A DNA stretch of 64,000 bases from Lophium mytilinum (GCA_010093605.1 MU004201.1:62001-126000); one strand, 5' to 3'. Counted from the first letter of the stretch, positions 1 through 12,601 are shown. Notes: generated from the sequence alone by a model not told the origin. Made by a program: numbers and translations.

Positions 1-426
1 TGTATAAAGATGCACTAGTTTAATTAAAATAAATATTGCTTGTTTAGGTTTAATTGAGTGTAATCTATATTATTTATTAATTTAATGAACTATTTACTTT
101 AATTATACATATCTTTCTACTATTACTATTAATATTCTATTTAGGTCAAATTTAAAAAGAAATATTGTTAAGTAAAATTTCATATTTCTATATATATACT
201 AGATTAATCTACTTTATTTGCTTTTGAATGTATTATTGTCTTTAGATTATATATGTTCACTTCATTACATTAACTTGTTAAAGTGATTTTAGTAAAGCAA
301 ATACTACTTATACTTCTTATATATAAAAGGACCTAACTACTACAATCTCTATAAATTAATATAGAAAGCGTTTATATTAATAATAGAGAGATTTATTTTG
401 CTATACTAGATTGCTATACTAGAAAA

Positions 427-1118
427 ATGGCCACTGATTTCGACAAATATAAAGATTTTAACCCTTACTGGAAAGAATTTGAAAAGGTATTATATGGTTA
501 TACAGAGCAAGTGATAACTACTATTGAAGAAAAAAACATTGAGTGCCAAGAGCTATATAATAAAGAACGCCCACATCAAAGTAGACAAGATCAGGAACAT
601 CCACCTTTATGTAAGATATAGAAGCATACTTATAACTACTCTAAGAATTAAAAGCTTAAAGATTATAGCCCTAAAAGAGAAGCATATAGAAGTAAAAATA
701 TAGAAATAAGTAGATAGAAGATAAGATATTTAAGAAGAAGAATTAGGGTTAAGCTTAAGTTTAAAAGAAATCTATACTAACTTTATAAAAGATAGGCCTA
801 TCTCTAAACCTTATTCTACAGAACATAGCAAAGATGAAATCAATACTGAATTAGTAGGTAATTTAGAAGAGCAATTAGATACTGGAAACCTTACTACTAC
901 TGAAAAGGGTAAGAATATTATTTATTATAATATAGTAATACTAATATTTAATAGAGGATATTGTAAAATTAAACGAAAAAGGTTATAAAATCCGTTGCCA
1001 ATGTCAAAAAGGAGGCTGTCAAAAAATGCAGAAAAACTGTTCCTGTCTTAAAGCTAGCCAGAAGTGTGGTGAAGACTGCAATTGTAACCTTAACTGTAAA
1101 AATAAATCTGAAGCATAA
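427..1118 (+). CDS. Predicted 154-aa spliced protein with a C-terminal CXC/CRC (tesmin/TSO1-like) cysteine cluster
   Basis: Exons 427-610, 792-908 and 955-1118 join in frame without stops. Both introns start GTAAGA and have branch-like sites (TACTAAC, CTAAT) before AG. Last exon encodes CQCQKGGCQKMQKNCSCLKASQKCGEDCNCNLNCKN. Confidence 0.6.
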
Positions 1119-4100
1119 AGTATGTTTAAAAATACCTATACTTTATTAGTATATATATACTAATATATCCCAAAGAGCTAAAGTGTAATAAATACTATAC
1201 TTTCTTTCTATAAAACTACTTATAAAGGAATATACTATTATAATTATAGTTAGGTATTACAAATAGAGTTCTTCTAAAGGATCAAATAGAAATAATTATT
1301 CATTTCAGCTCTATAGAGTAATAGTAGTAAGCTATATTACATTTTTAAATATAAAAGCAGTAAGATAATAGTTTTTAATATTTTTCTATATTTTTTCTTT
1401 AATTCTATATCCTTTTTTTGCTAGACATTAGCTTACTAAACTAAATTGTTTTATATATTTTGTATATCAAACATACACCTACTACTAGCTTTTTATATAT
1501 TAGTAGTACTTAGTTAGTATAAATATAGTAGATAGTAGAAATTAAATGTCTATGTTTTTAAACGTATAGTATAAAAGAAAAAAAGAATGTAAATATAGTT
1601 TATAAAATTAGTCTACTATACCTAAAGTAAACGTGCTAGCATATATACGTATATATAAAAATAAATTATAGAGTATATACTTCTTCTAGGAAAACTTAGA
1701 AAGAGTGAAAGTAAAAGATATAAATAACTATATAGTTTAAAATAGCTACTTTAAGTAGTATAGTAACTATATAATATATAGAGAAATATCCTCTACTAGC
1801 TAACTGAAAGATAGAAGAGCTGTATAGAACGCTTTACAAGTAAAGTATTTATATTTAAAAAGAATTAGAAAAAGCTCTTTTATAGCAAGTTAACTATAAC
1901 TTATAGTAAACTATAAAATAAAGAAGAATAGAAAAATAAAAGACGTTAGAAAGCAATAACAAATAGAAGGCTTTTCTTTATCATATCCATACTTTTTTAG
2001 ACAGAACAATAGCTAAATAGAAGAGCTATTCTAGAGGGTAAAAAAGTCGTGAAAAGTATTTATTAATAGGATAGAGCTATTAGGGCTTAAGGTTAGAACG
2101 TGAAATTAGAATTAAATTAATATTAACAAAAGATAAATACAAGAAGAGAAGAAGTTTCTAGGGCTAACGTTGTAATAGATCTAAGGTTAGAGCAATATTT
2201 ACCTATTCGGCAGAGCCTCTAGTATATAAATATAATATACTACAAACGTATAGCTATAACAAAAATAGGTTATACATACATCTAAATCTAAAAGCTAAGA
2301 AAATAGAATAATAAGGAATAAAGAAGGCTAAAAGCCCTATTATATTTAATTTTAGCTCATTCTAGTATATTATGTTTTTATTTATTTTAGTTTTATTTTG
2401 ATTTTAGTATAAAAGCTACTTATAAATATGAAAGCTATAGTATATACTACTATTATCTCCTAAGCTACTAGTATAAATATACAACAGTCTAGTCTTAAAA
2501 AATACTCTTAAAGTATAGCGTTTATCTATTAATCTTTATAGGGTTATTTATAAATTTTAATATTAGTCTATATAAATAATAGCTACATTCTACTCTCTAT
2601 AAAGATGCGTGGCTTACGCACTCTTATATAAGCAGGATGTTCTATAACTGCTATTAGCATGTATACTCTAGCTAAACTATAACCTAAAAGCTAGTTCTGC
2701 TCTACCTTCTTATAGTTACTTTTCACTTATAGATAATAGTTTTTTTTATACAACACCCCTTTAGTTCCGTAATACAAGCCTTATAAAACCTAGTAATTTA
2801 TAGACTAGTATTTTCGAAACTAGTTAGTTAGTATTTTTAAAAGTAATATTAGTAAGGAAGGACTTATAGCGTGCAGAAATTTATAAACTAAATATATAAT
2901 AGTAAAGTTAGTCTTAAAAGTTATACTATAGAAATAAGAAAGCAAATAATAAGTAACTTTATATATATAGTAGTATTATGTAATTTTCTAGACTAACTAT
3001 AAAGTAGTTTACTACTATTAAATTAAGTTACTACTATTTAAATAATACTATATAAAAAGTAATCTTAGTTCTTTCTAAGAACTAAGTAAAATAGGTTTAT
3101 AATAGTTCTTCTAAATAATTAAATAAAACTCTTATAAAATTATTAACTTATTAAAGGTTTTTACGAAATTCAAAGTTTTATTTTATTAAATTTAGATTTA
3201 TTATTTCTAGTAATTAAATTAAAACATAAAAGATTATACTATAATTTATGTCTAAAATCTATAAGATTTTACAATATAATAGTATATAAAGATTTATTTA
3301 GCTTTCGTAGGAGTTATCTTTATTATTTAGAAGTTTATAAATATACAAAATATCCTCTAGTACCTTTTTTATAGTAGACACTAAAATCTTATACTGTATC
3401 TATACTTAACTTATTACCCTAATTTAAAGATGGATAAAATCAGACAATCAGAATTTTTTTTAATAAACGCACCAGTTCGAATAGCCTCTATATACTATAA
3501 TATTAGAAAACAAACAGCATTTCTTATAGAAAAAAGAGACCAAAGAAATCCAAATTGTAATATCATAGATGATACTAATAAATGTATAGTTAGTAATTTA
3601 GAAAGCCAGATAAATGTAAATAGCTATAAAAGTAGGCATAATATTAGAATTAAGAAATATGCTATTGTAGAACTAATCTATTTATAGATATAGAAGCAAA
3701 AGACTATTTAGAATTGTGTGAAATATGTCTAGCACCTTGTTTTGCTATAGAGTTACTTTAAGGAAGTGTTATATAGGATATTAATACTTAAGCTTTCTTA
3801 ACTTAAAAGATCTAAGTAAATTTTATCTTTATTTTATACTAACACTATACTTTTAGAATCGACTTTAAAAATTTTGTTAAATAAAAATAATAGTAGATAT
3901 AGTTAGCAGTATATAGATTCTTTTTAAATCTTTTTTATAGGAGTAAAACTTAGAGAGATAAATAAAGCTTATATAGATAATTGTAGGAACTAATTAAGTA
4001 TTAGAGTTGTTAATCTAGATTTAAAAAAGCCCTAAGTAGTATATTAAGTTCTTTACCCACTCAATAGTATTTTATTAAAGGCGTATTGCAATATAAAATC

Positions 4101-6202
4101 TATTAGTTTTTCTCTACCAAGTACTATTTAGGCTTAACTATTGTCTTTTATTATATTTTGAATATGTAGGCTATAGTATATACTGAACTAATAATATACT
4201 TATACTATCAGTATTAAATATAATAGGTTTAGGTACGATAGGTTTAGGCATAAGATATTATATTTCGGTTTAGCGTCTAAATATTAAAGAAAGTATATAT
4301 ATATAGTTCTATTTTCTAGATATTAACTTTATGGCTCAATAATTCATATAGGGTCTATAATCTTATTTAGATAGTAGCATTCCTATTAAGTGCTTGTATA
4401 CTTAGCCTTTTATATCTAAGCCTAAATAAAATTCTCTTAAATATCTGTACTACGGTTAGTTATAGAAGTTATAATAATATTACTAACCTATATTTTCATG
4501 TTCTTTCTACTATATAGATCTCTATTTCTACTATTAGCTAGTCTACCTAGCTAGTGTCTATTGGAAAGAGATTTATTCTTGTAGGTAATTTATCTATACT
4601 ATTTACTTAGATGTATAGATAGTTAATATATCTAGTTATTTTATATAATTGTAGTTAAATAATTACTTTCTAACTTTTTAATAAAAATGTTTTATATAGC
4701 TCTATATAAAAATAGAAAACCATAGATATTATTAAAACTTTTTAACTATTTCTAGACTTTAAAGAGATATATACTTTCAATTTATTAAATTTAATTAATT
4801 GCAACAGTACATAGATTAGAAACATAGAAGAAAAGCCTTATATAATAGACCTAAAATTAAGACTATCTTCTATACTAAGAGAGTAATAGTCTATTAATCT
4901 ACTATAAGGTACTATAATACACTAATAAATAGTAACATTAAATTTAAAACTCGACCCCTATTATTGTACAGGCGTTTTTTTCTATCTTATTTAAACTGCA
5001 AGGCTTAGCTAAGAGTAAGAATTACGTTTATTACTAGTGCAGCGGCGTTATGCCGTAGCTGGAGGTTGTTTTTAGAAATGTCTCCCTTAACACCGCTAGA
5101 ATAGTAGAGTTGTTATAAGTCTTAGAGGCCTACTACTACTTGACTCTATACCTATAGATAATAAGAAAATAAATAGAGGATCATTATCTATAACTATCTA
5201 ATATTCTATTACTTACGATACTAGGCTAAGGCTATACCTAGTACCTATACTTGCTAGTAAAGTAGAGGCCTTTATTCTAATACAGTAATAGGACACCTCT
5301 ATACTAGCTATATTAGACGCCCTTATATCTATAGCCTAATAATACTATAACTAGAAAGACTAGGAGAGTAGGAGCAAAGATAGTAGCGAATTAGTTAGTA
5401 GATATTAAGGGGCAGTAGCTATATAGTATAAAGGCTGCTATAATAACCTCTATCTATAAGATATATTTAACCTATTATTTTAAAAATAATAATATAGGTA
5501 ACGCAAATGGGGCTGCTAGTGCCTAGGCTAGCGGCTGTAGGGCGTAGTATATAATACTAGCAATAGTTGGCCTTAGGCTTTACGCCTAGTTAACTTATAG
5601 AAGATAGTAGGTAGCTACTTATAGTAAGTATACATGCATACTTTCTATTTAGCCACTTATGCACGGCTAAATAAGCTATAGCTTATATAGTACCTCTATA
5701 CGCTAAGGCTAATATAGAGTATATAGTAGTCTTTTTATTTAATAGTAAGTATGCGGCTTTAGCCTTGCTATAATAGCGAGTATATAGTTTTAGCTTTACT
5801 ATCTAATAGTAAGTATACAACGCAGTCTTACTATTCTAGCTAGCTAGAGTCTATTATGTAGGGGGGAAGATTAATACCTTACCGGTAATACTATTTATAT
5901 AGCCTAAAAGGATAGATATCTATATTAGTTTATTAAGATGTAGGGGTAAGCTGCAAGATACGCTTAAGGAGTAGATTAGGTGTATGTAGATAGTAGACGG
6001 ATTTAGGCCCGACTACTACAGAAGCACTCTATTTAAAAATCTATAGTAAGGAAGCTAGGTAGGTAGCTTTATTTATAACTTACTATATATTTAGCTAGCT
6101 AGATATATATACTTAAATAATAAACTTTCTAGATAGATCTAGAATAACGCGTCTTAATAGCTTATTTTATACTATTATAGACCTACTATATATCCCCTAT
6201 AA

Positions 6203-6421
6203 AAAGGAACACTAAAATCGAAATTCGACCCGTATTGTCGTACGGGGGTTCCTTTCCATCTCGTTTAAACCGCAAGGCTTACACGAGAGTAAGAATCACG
6301 TTCATTACTGGTGCAGCGGCGTTGCGTCGTGGCTAGAGGTCGTCTTTGAAGACGTCGTCCTCAACGCCGCCAGAATGGCAGAGTTTTCACGGGTCTTGGC
6401 GGCCTGCTACTACCAAAACTC
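6203..6421 (+). ncRNA. Structured 5' leader RNA with multiple stems, a GNRA loop and a 3' pseudoknot; IRES-like candidate
   Basis: Complementary pairs AAAGGAAC/GTTCCTTT, CCCGTA/TACGGG, TCTCGT/ACGAGA enclosing CC-GCAA-GG, AGTAA/TTACT, GCGGCGTTG/CAACGCCGC, CGTCTT/AAGACG; TGGCAG/CTGCTA crossed by GAGTTTT/AAAACTC. Confidence 0.6.
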
Positions 6422-7317
6422 GACATCCATAGATAGAAATTTGAACAGTAGAACTTTCTTAAGAACCACCCGACCTGTTACTATCTAGAAGCTTACCGTC
6501 CTAGACTATAAGCCGGCGCCTGCATTTACTAGTGGGAGTGGAAGGCCTGGCAATAGGATAGGACACTACTATACTTATTCTATTCTAAGATTATGCTTAT
6601 AGCGAGGATAGGGAGAATCCTAGCACCATTAACTATATTGGACGACGTTAATCCTTATTACATTAATATCGACTCGGCCGCGGCGACGTTAATCCGGAAC
6701 TTAGAGAGCTAGGAACGGACTTGGGAGCAGGGGGAGGACGTATTGACGCAGTGCTGGAACGGACGAAGATGCAGGTAGTGGCTAAGGGAGGACAACAAGT
6801 TTAGTTAGTAGACGGGAGGCATGGCAGCCGCACGGCGTTAGGTTGCCATTAGGACAACAGCTGGCTACTAGGCACGCTGTTGGGCCAATACCTCCATCTA
6901 TAAGACACGGTCGGCCTGTCATTATAAGAATGATACAGGTAACGCAAAACAGCTGCTGGGACCGAAAGAGCTGCGGGGCGTGGTATATAATGGCAACAAC
7001 AGATGGCTCTAAGAACCTCACCTCTTTACTAGGCTCTGACTCTTGGTGGACCTGCAGCGGAGGAAGAATTAAACCCTTGCCAACAATACTGTCTATGTAG
7101 CCCGAAAGGACGGATGCGCGTATTAGTCTATTAAGAGGCAGAGGCTAGCTGCGAGATAGGCTTATAGAGCAAATTAGATGCACACGGAATAGGGGTACGC
7201 GTTTAGTAAGCTATGCCCGTGGTAGGGAGTCCTGGCAGGAGGGCTACGCCTAACTCTACTTTATATGTAACTCTCGTAGCTCTGCAATGTAAATGTATTC
7301 TAGACCTGGCAGCCTAA

Positions 7318-10300
7318 CTACTCGAGCTAGAAAACTGGAACAACCCCCTGGACGACGAAGAAGAAGAAGAAGACCTAGATGACTTTGTACGCATTCTCCA
7401 CTAACTTATTAAAATTACTATTGACGCCATAGTGCTAATAGCACGGCCCTTACAACACGCATTACTATCCTAGACTAAGGAGTGCTTGGAGGAGGTGCAT
7501 AAGACTAGGCGAGCGTATAGAACGTGGCGCTCATTACGCTCTATAGAGGACTAGATCTTATACTAAGTCTAATGCAACCGCAAGAAAAGAGCTATATAGA
7601 AAGAGAGTACTAAGGCATAGCGCCGCACGGTGGAGAAGGTAACGAACAACCCTAAAGGGGCATGGAAACTGGCCAAATGGGGCCGCACGGTTAGAAAGGA
7701 ATCAAGGCCCCCTTCTTAATTTCCCCCCCTCTCTCGGCCAGGTGACCCCACCCTGTATGCAGACAACGAGACGAAAGCACGCATACTTGCTGAACAGTTC
7801 TTTCCACCACCGGTGGAAGCTAACCTATCTAACCTAGAAGGGTTCTAATACCCGGAACCGCACACCACCTCTATAGAAGTTACCGCAGAAGACGTACTCT
7901 TGGCACTAATAGGAATCGCGCCGGATAAGGCCCCTAGAATTACAGGAATTACAAATAGATTTCTAAAGAAGTGCGAGATGCAACTAGCACTAGTGCTTGC
8001 CCGCTTCTTTATAAAGTGCCTATATAGAGGACACCACCCCCGCCCGTTTAAAGAATTAATTACGGTAGTTCTACGCAAACCCCAGAAAGCGTCCTATATA
8101 ATAGCGAAGGCCTACAGGCCTATTGCGCTGCTAGAAATAATAGGCAAGCTATTTAAACGCATTGTGGCCAAGAGGCTCTCTAAGATAGCAGAGGAAAAGG
8201 GCATGCTACCGCCTAGCTAAATGGGGGCACGGCCGGAATACTCTACATAGACAGCACTCGAACTCCTTACGGAACAGATCTATGCTGTATAGAAAGAAAA
8301 CCCACGGCTTGTAGCATTACTCCTTAGCTTAGATATATCGGGCGCGTTTAATCGAGTATTATATAAATGAATAATACACAACCTACAGGTCTAGAGAGTG
8401 CTAGAATGGATAATAAGGTTTACTAGGTCCTTCCTCCAGGACCGCACTACTAGACTGTCTATAGGAAACTACATAGCAGAACTAATTATAGTTACTATAA
8501 GCATTCTGCAGGGCTCTTCCCTATTGCCCATCCTCTTTCTCTTCTTCGCCAGCATACTACTGCCAACCCTTTAGGACGGCAACACAACGGTATATAGGTT
8601 TGTAGACGACATAAACATCCTTACATATAGTAGAACCACGGAGGCGAACTGCAGGGCTATTAAGAGGGCCTATAATAGGTGCATGGACTAGGCAAGGAAA
8701 CACAGCGTTATATTTAGGCTGGATAAATACCACCTAATATACTTTATAAGAGCCCGCATAGAAATTAACCTAAAGGCCACGGTTAATATATAGGGCTTTA
8801 AGGAAGGCCCTATTAAAGACCTATAAGTACTGGAAGTACAAGTAGACTCTAAGTTGAAGTGGGGCCCGCATATAAGCATAATAAAGAACAAAGCCATAAC
8901 CTAGATAGGGGCGCTTACTAGGCTCACGGCATCTACCTGGGGCGCGAGCTTTAGGAAGGCACGCCTAATATACTTAGTAGTGATTCGGCCTGCCATTATG
9001 TATAGATGCACTACCTGGTATACCGCACTAGGCATGCCGGAGCAGCTTAGCAAGATAAAGGTTAAGCAGCTTAAAACGGCCTAAAACCACTATCTCTAAA
9101 AGATCTTGGGGGCATACAAGACTATAAATACTAAGGTACTAGAGCACGAGACGTCGTGCCCTCCACTCCCGTTAAAACTGGAGGAACTTATGGTGGCTTA
9201 CGCGGACTGCACGCGCAAGGGGCTAGCACGCAAGCATATTGAAACAGCATGCAGCAATATATAAAGGGAAATCCACACTAACCATAAGCCGCTTACGAGG
9301 CTAAAGTACAGTCCTAGCCGGCGAGATATACTCCGCAACCTCGCAGTAAAGGCCATAAAGTCGTGCACTAGGTCTAAAGAGGAATTAGAGGACGCCCACA
9401 AGCGCTTAAGGCGATTCGCTATTAAGTGCGAATACGAAGAGAGGTGGGAGAAGAAGTGGGAGTCCTTCCGCAAATCAGAGCAGCGAGGACTACTAACGCC
9501 GGCCCTTAACACTAAATGGAGCAAACGATAAGAAACTATATATAAAGGGCTTATAAAGGTCGAGAGCACTATTCTTATAAACCGACGGACGGAGCACATA
9601 GGCCTTAACGGGTACCTGCACCGCATAAGAGTGCCCGGCCACCTAACACTAGCCTGCCCCTGCGGGCACGGCCTCCAATCGCCCCGGCACATAGTAATGA
9701 GCTGTAAGAGGCACGTAGAGGGCAGAGGTAAACTATTTAAGGAAGTAAAGACCCGGATGTACAAGAAAATATACAACAGTAAAAAAGGACCCAAGGCGAT
9801 AGCCCGCTGGTTTCTATAGAAAACGGACCTACTACCCTACCTCTTAATGGCTAGAGAGATGGAAACGGAAAGGCTGTAGGCTTAGCCTTCCCACTTCTAA
9901 TAGCCTTGCCATCTCTAACAGCCTTGCTATTTCCAACAGCCTTGCCATTTCCAACAGCCTTGCCGTTTCTAACAGTCTCGCCACTTCCAACAGCCTTGCC
10001 ATCTTTAACAGCCTTGCTATTTCTAACAGCCTACCTATAAGCCGCATACTACCTAAATAGTGTATACTCTAAATACTCTATACACCCTATATACTGCCGT
10101 CTATCTACCGCCCTCAGCCTACCTCTATTAGCCAGGCCACGACTCTCAGCCGCGCTATGGCCCTTAGCTATGCCACGGCCCCTAGCTATGCCATAAAAGC
10201 TTATACCTGCCATGCGCAGCTATAGACTCCCTATAGTATACTAGAGCTGCCCCTCTAGCTATACTCTCTATTACATACTTCCCATTCTATATAGCCCTCC

Positions 10301-10787
10301 TATTTCTTAGCAGCCTCTCCACTTTATAATAGCTGCCCGTAGAGCTGCATACTACCTAAACGCTGTATACTCCGCTATAGAGCCGCCCTTTAGCCCTTCT
10401 ATATCCGCCAGCCATGCTATAGAAGATTACACCTGCTACTAGCGGCGGTATACTTCCTACAGTATACTACAGGTTATATACTCTACTGTATACTGCCACC
10501 GCATACCTCCCGTGCCTATAAGGAACGGAACGGAATAACATCGCCACCTAATAAGCAGCTGTCCAACAGGCCTTATACTACCACACGCTGCGCAGCCTTC
10601 CTATTCTATTTTAGCCCTCCTATCCCCTTTACCTACAGGGCTTCCTATACTTAATTCCCTTCTTTAAACCCGCCTTTAAGGCAGGACACGCGTGCGCCCG
10701 TACTGCGCGCGTGCCCTCACGCTAATCCTCCACCAGCAAACCGCCCCGGATTCTAATTAACCCGACCTGAACCTAGGAGGACGACTA
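7318..10787 (+). mobile_element. 5'-truncated Tad1/CgT1-like LINE: RT plus C-terminal CCHC, endonuclease and ORF1 absent
   Basis: RT motifs YRPIALL (~8115), SLDISGAF (~8330), QGS..PILF (~8510) and FVDD (~8600); zinc knuckle CPCG..QSPRHIVMSC (~9655-9705); probable TSD CAGCCTAA (7310-7317) / CAACCTAA (10788-10795). Confidence 0.88.
9893..10032. repeat. 18-bp minisatellite, about 8 copies (AACAGCCTTGCCATTTCC), in the LINE 3' region
   Basis: Direct tandem repeats; they generate the MARLLE-repeat ORF 9844-10047(-). Confidence 0.9.
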
Positions 10788-12601
10788 CAACCTAATCCGG
10801 ATTGATCTCGGAAGACGCATCACGATGGCTTATTCCGTGGCAGGCCTGATAGACCTACTACGCGTCCCTAACAGCTAAATAATACTATAAGAGAGGGCGC
10901 TTAGCTTAATGCACTATAGAAGACAAGGTTTTCATCTAATAGCTACTTGGTAGCAAATGGTTTTCTTCTTGTAACTAGCCTAGATAGAATAGCTGCATGG
11001 ACCCTAACGGGAGCTACACCAGCTTAATAGAATTTAATAATAATAATAAAATAATATCCCCTTTAGTAAAACGCAATATAGAAGGGTACTTAGCGCCGTA
11101 TAAAATAGAGGACAAAGTTTTTACCCGAATGCTCCCCGGCAGTAAGAAGTTTTCCATTGCAAATTAGCCTAGATAGAACAGCTGCATAGACCTTAATAGG
11201 AGCTACACTTGCGTAATACGATTTAATAAAATAAAATTGCAAATAAAATACTTATATAAAAAATCATTAGAGATATATCTAGGGGAATAATAGCTGTATA
11301 TCTTTTAATCTTTCTATATATCTTGTTTCTTCTTTAGACCTTTCTATTCTACTCTTTTTTATCTAGTTTTCTTATTAGCCTAAAGCATTACTCTAAGGTC
11401 TTTAAAATACTTATTTAGGTTATTTATTATTTTTAAATGCCCTTTTAAAATGCAGTATTGCTATTAAATATTATATCCTTACTATATATCTTCCTAATAC
11501 GCTTACTATAGACCTTTAGCCGCTACTATAAACCTTAGCCTTTAGGCTGAAAAGTCTAGTATCTATAAATTTAATAAATAGCTATGCAATATTAGAAGAT
11601 CTAAGTCCTACTGCTATAGTTAACTAAAGATCCTCAAACTCTTATACTGAATGGATATCCTAGTACACAGTAAGTCTTTTAAAATTCAATTTGAAAAGAA
11701 GATATAGTATAGTCTACTTAGTATAGTAATTAGTTATCCTACCTACTTATATCTATACCTAATAGATAAATGACTTTCTCTATGCCTTATCTATAATACT
11801 AAAGATATTTTAAAAAAAGAAGCTTCTTTCCTAGGTGTTTTCATTATTATCTAATCTTGTAATAGCTCTTTTCTTTACACATTTTATAATAGATAGAAGT
11901 AGAAAGTGTCACTTTCTCTACTTAGTCTATAGGTCTCTTCTGCGCTAAAACTTAAGTTATATTCATTACAGAATATAATGATCTTTTATTAAGATTGGGA
12001 TTTTTTCTTAGCTAACTGTAGCACTAAGTTGTTTTTCTCTTAAACTAAAATACGTCTAGCTTCTTCTTTTTATCTATTCTGCTAAAAGTAATACTTCCTT
12101 TGTTTTTTATTATTTCTAAAATAGTATATTATTAAGTTCCATAGCGCTTGAATGTTATAATTATTAAAAGCAAATTAACTTTAATATATAGAAGAGAAAA
12201 TAGTACGTAATATCTTTAATTTACTCTCTAGCTATTATAGCAGGATGAAATTTAATACAATTAAGCTGTAGTATATAAAAGATGCTAGAATTTTAATATT
12301 TTAGTTTGAGTTATGGGGATAGTATCTATTAAAACAGTAGTAATCCCATAGCTAAGTACCAGGAATGTAATTCTACTCTAAATAACTCCTTAATTATTAA
12401 GGATTTCTAAATAAAATCTATAAGAAGGGATTAAAAAAGTATAATTCTTTCTAATAGCCTTATTGCATTATTATTAAATTCTAATACTAAAACTAGATTG
12501 CTAAAGAAATATAACCTACTATATCTAAGCTAAGCAAGTCTAGTGAATTATATAGAGAGGCTAGTAAATTTTCTTAGACTAGATAGATTTTTAGTTTACT
12601 A

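Larger units (their letters stand above)
6429..10974 (+). pseudogene. RIP-inactivated ~350-codon ORF of unknown family carried by the SINE-like element (6429-7317 joined to 10796-10974)
   Basis: Starts at ATA-GAT (presumed RIPed ATG-GAT) in both copies. Frame continues across the LINE insertion (..PGSL/IRIDLGRRITMAY). The two copies differ by synonymous or conservative changes in this frame (CAA ATT AGA TGC vs TAG ATT AGG TGT). Confidence 0.55.
6199..11053 (+). mobile_element. Inner copy of the same SINE-like element (pieces 6199-7317 and 10796-11053)
   Basis: Flanked by a 9-bp TSD ATATCCCCT (6190-6198 and 11054-11062); ends in a (TAA)n/A-rich tail; collinear with the outer copy once the LINE insert is removed. 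Confidence 0.8.
4925..11236 (+). mobile_element. Outer, more heavily RIPed copy of a ~1.45 kb SINE-like ORF-bearing retroelement (pieces 4925-6198 and 11063-11236)
   Basis: 5' end ATAAATAGTAACATTAAATTTAAAACTCGACCCC aligns with 6199 onward. 3' end TAGCCTAGATAGAACAGCTGCATAGACC...AGCTACAC plus A-rich tail aligns with 10976-11053. Split by the inner copy. Confidence 0.75.

Noticed and set aside
3430..3687. 85-aa ORF in AT-rich DNA
   Set aside because: Slightly less RIPed than its flanks, but no recognisable domain or convincing splice model; may be a gene relic and cannot be supported.
9198..10047. Minus-strand ORFs of 198 aa and 67 aa
   Set aside because: Antisense shadows of the LINE pol C-terminus and of the 18-bp minisatellite.
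6199..11053. A single full-length LINE with an N-terminal endonuclease
   Set aside because: No APE motifs recognised in the frames I translated for 6429-7317, and the flanking parts are collinear with the RT-less outer copy, so the RT segment is a separate insertion.
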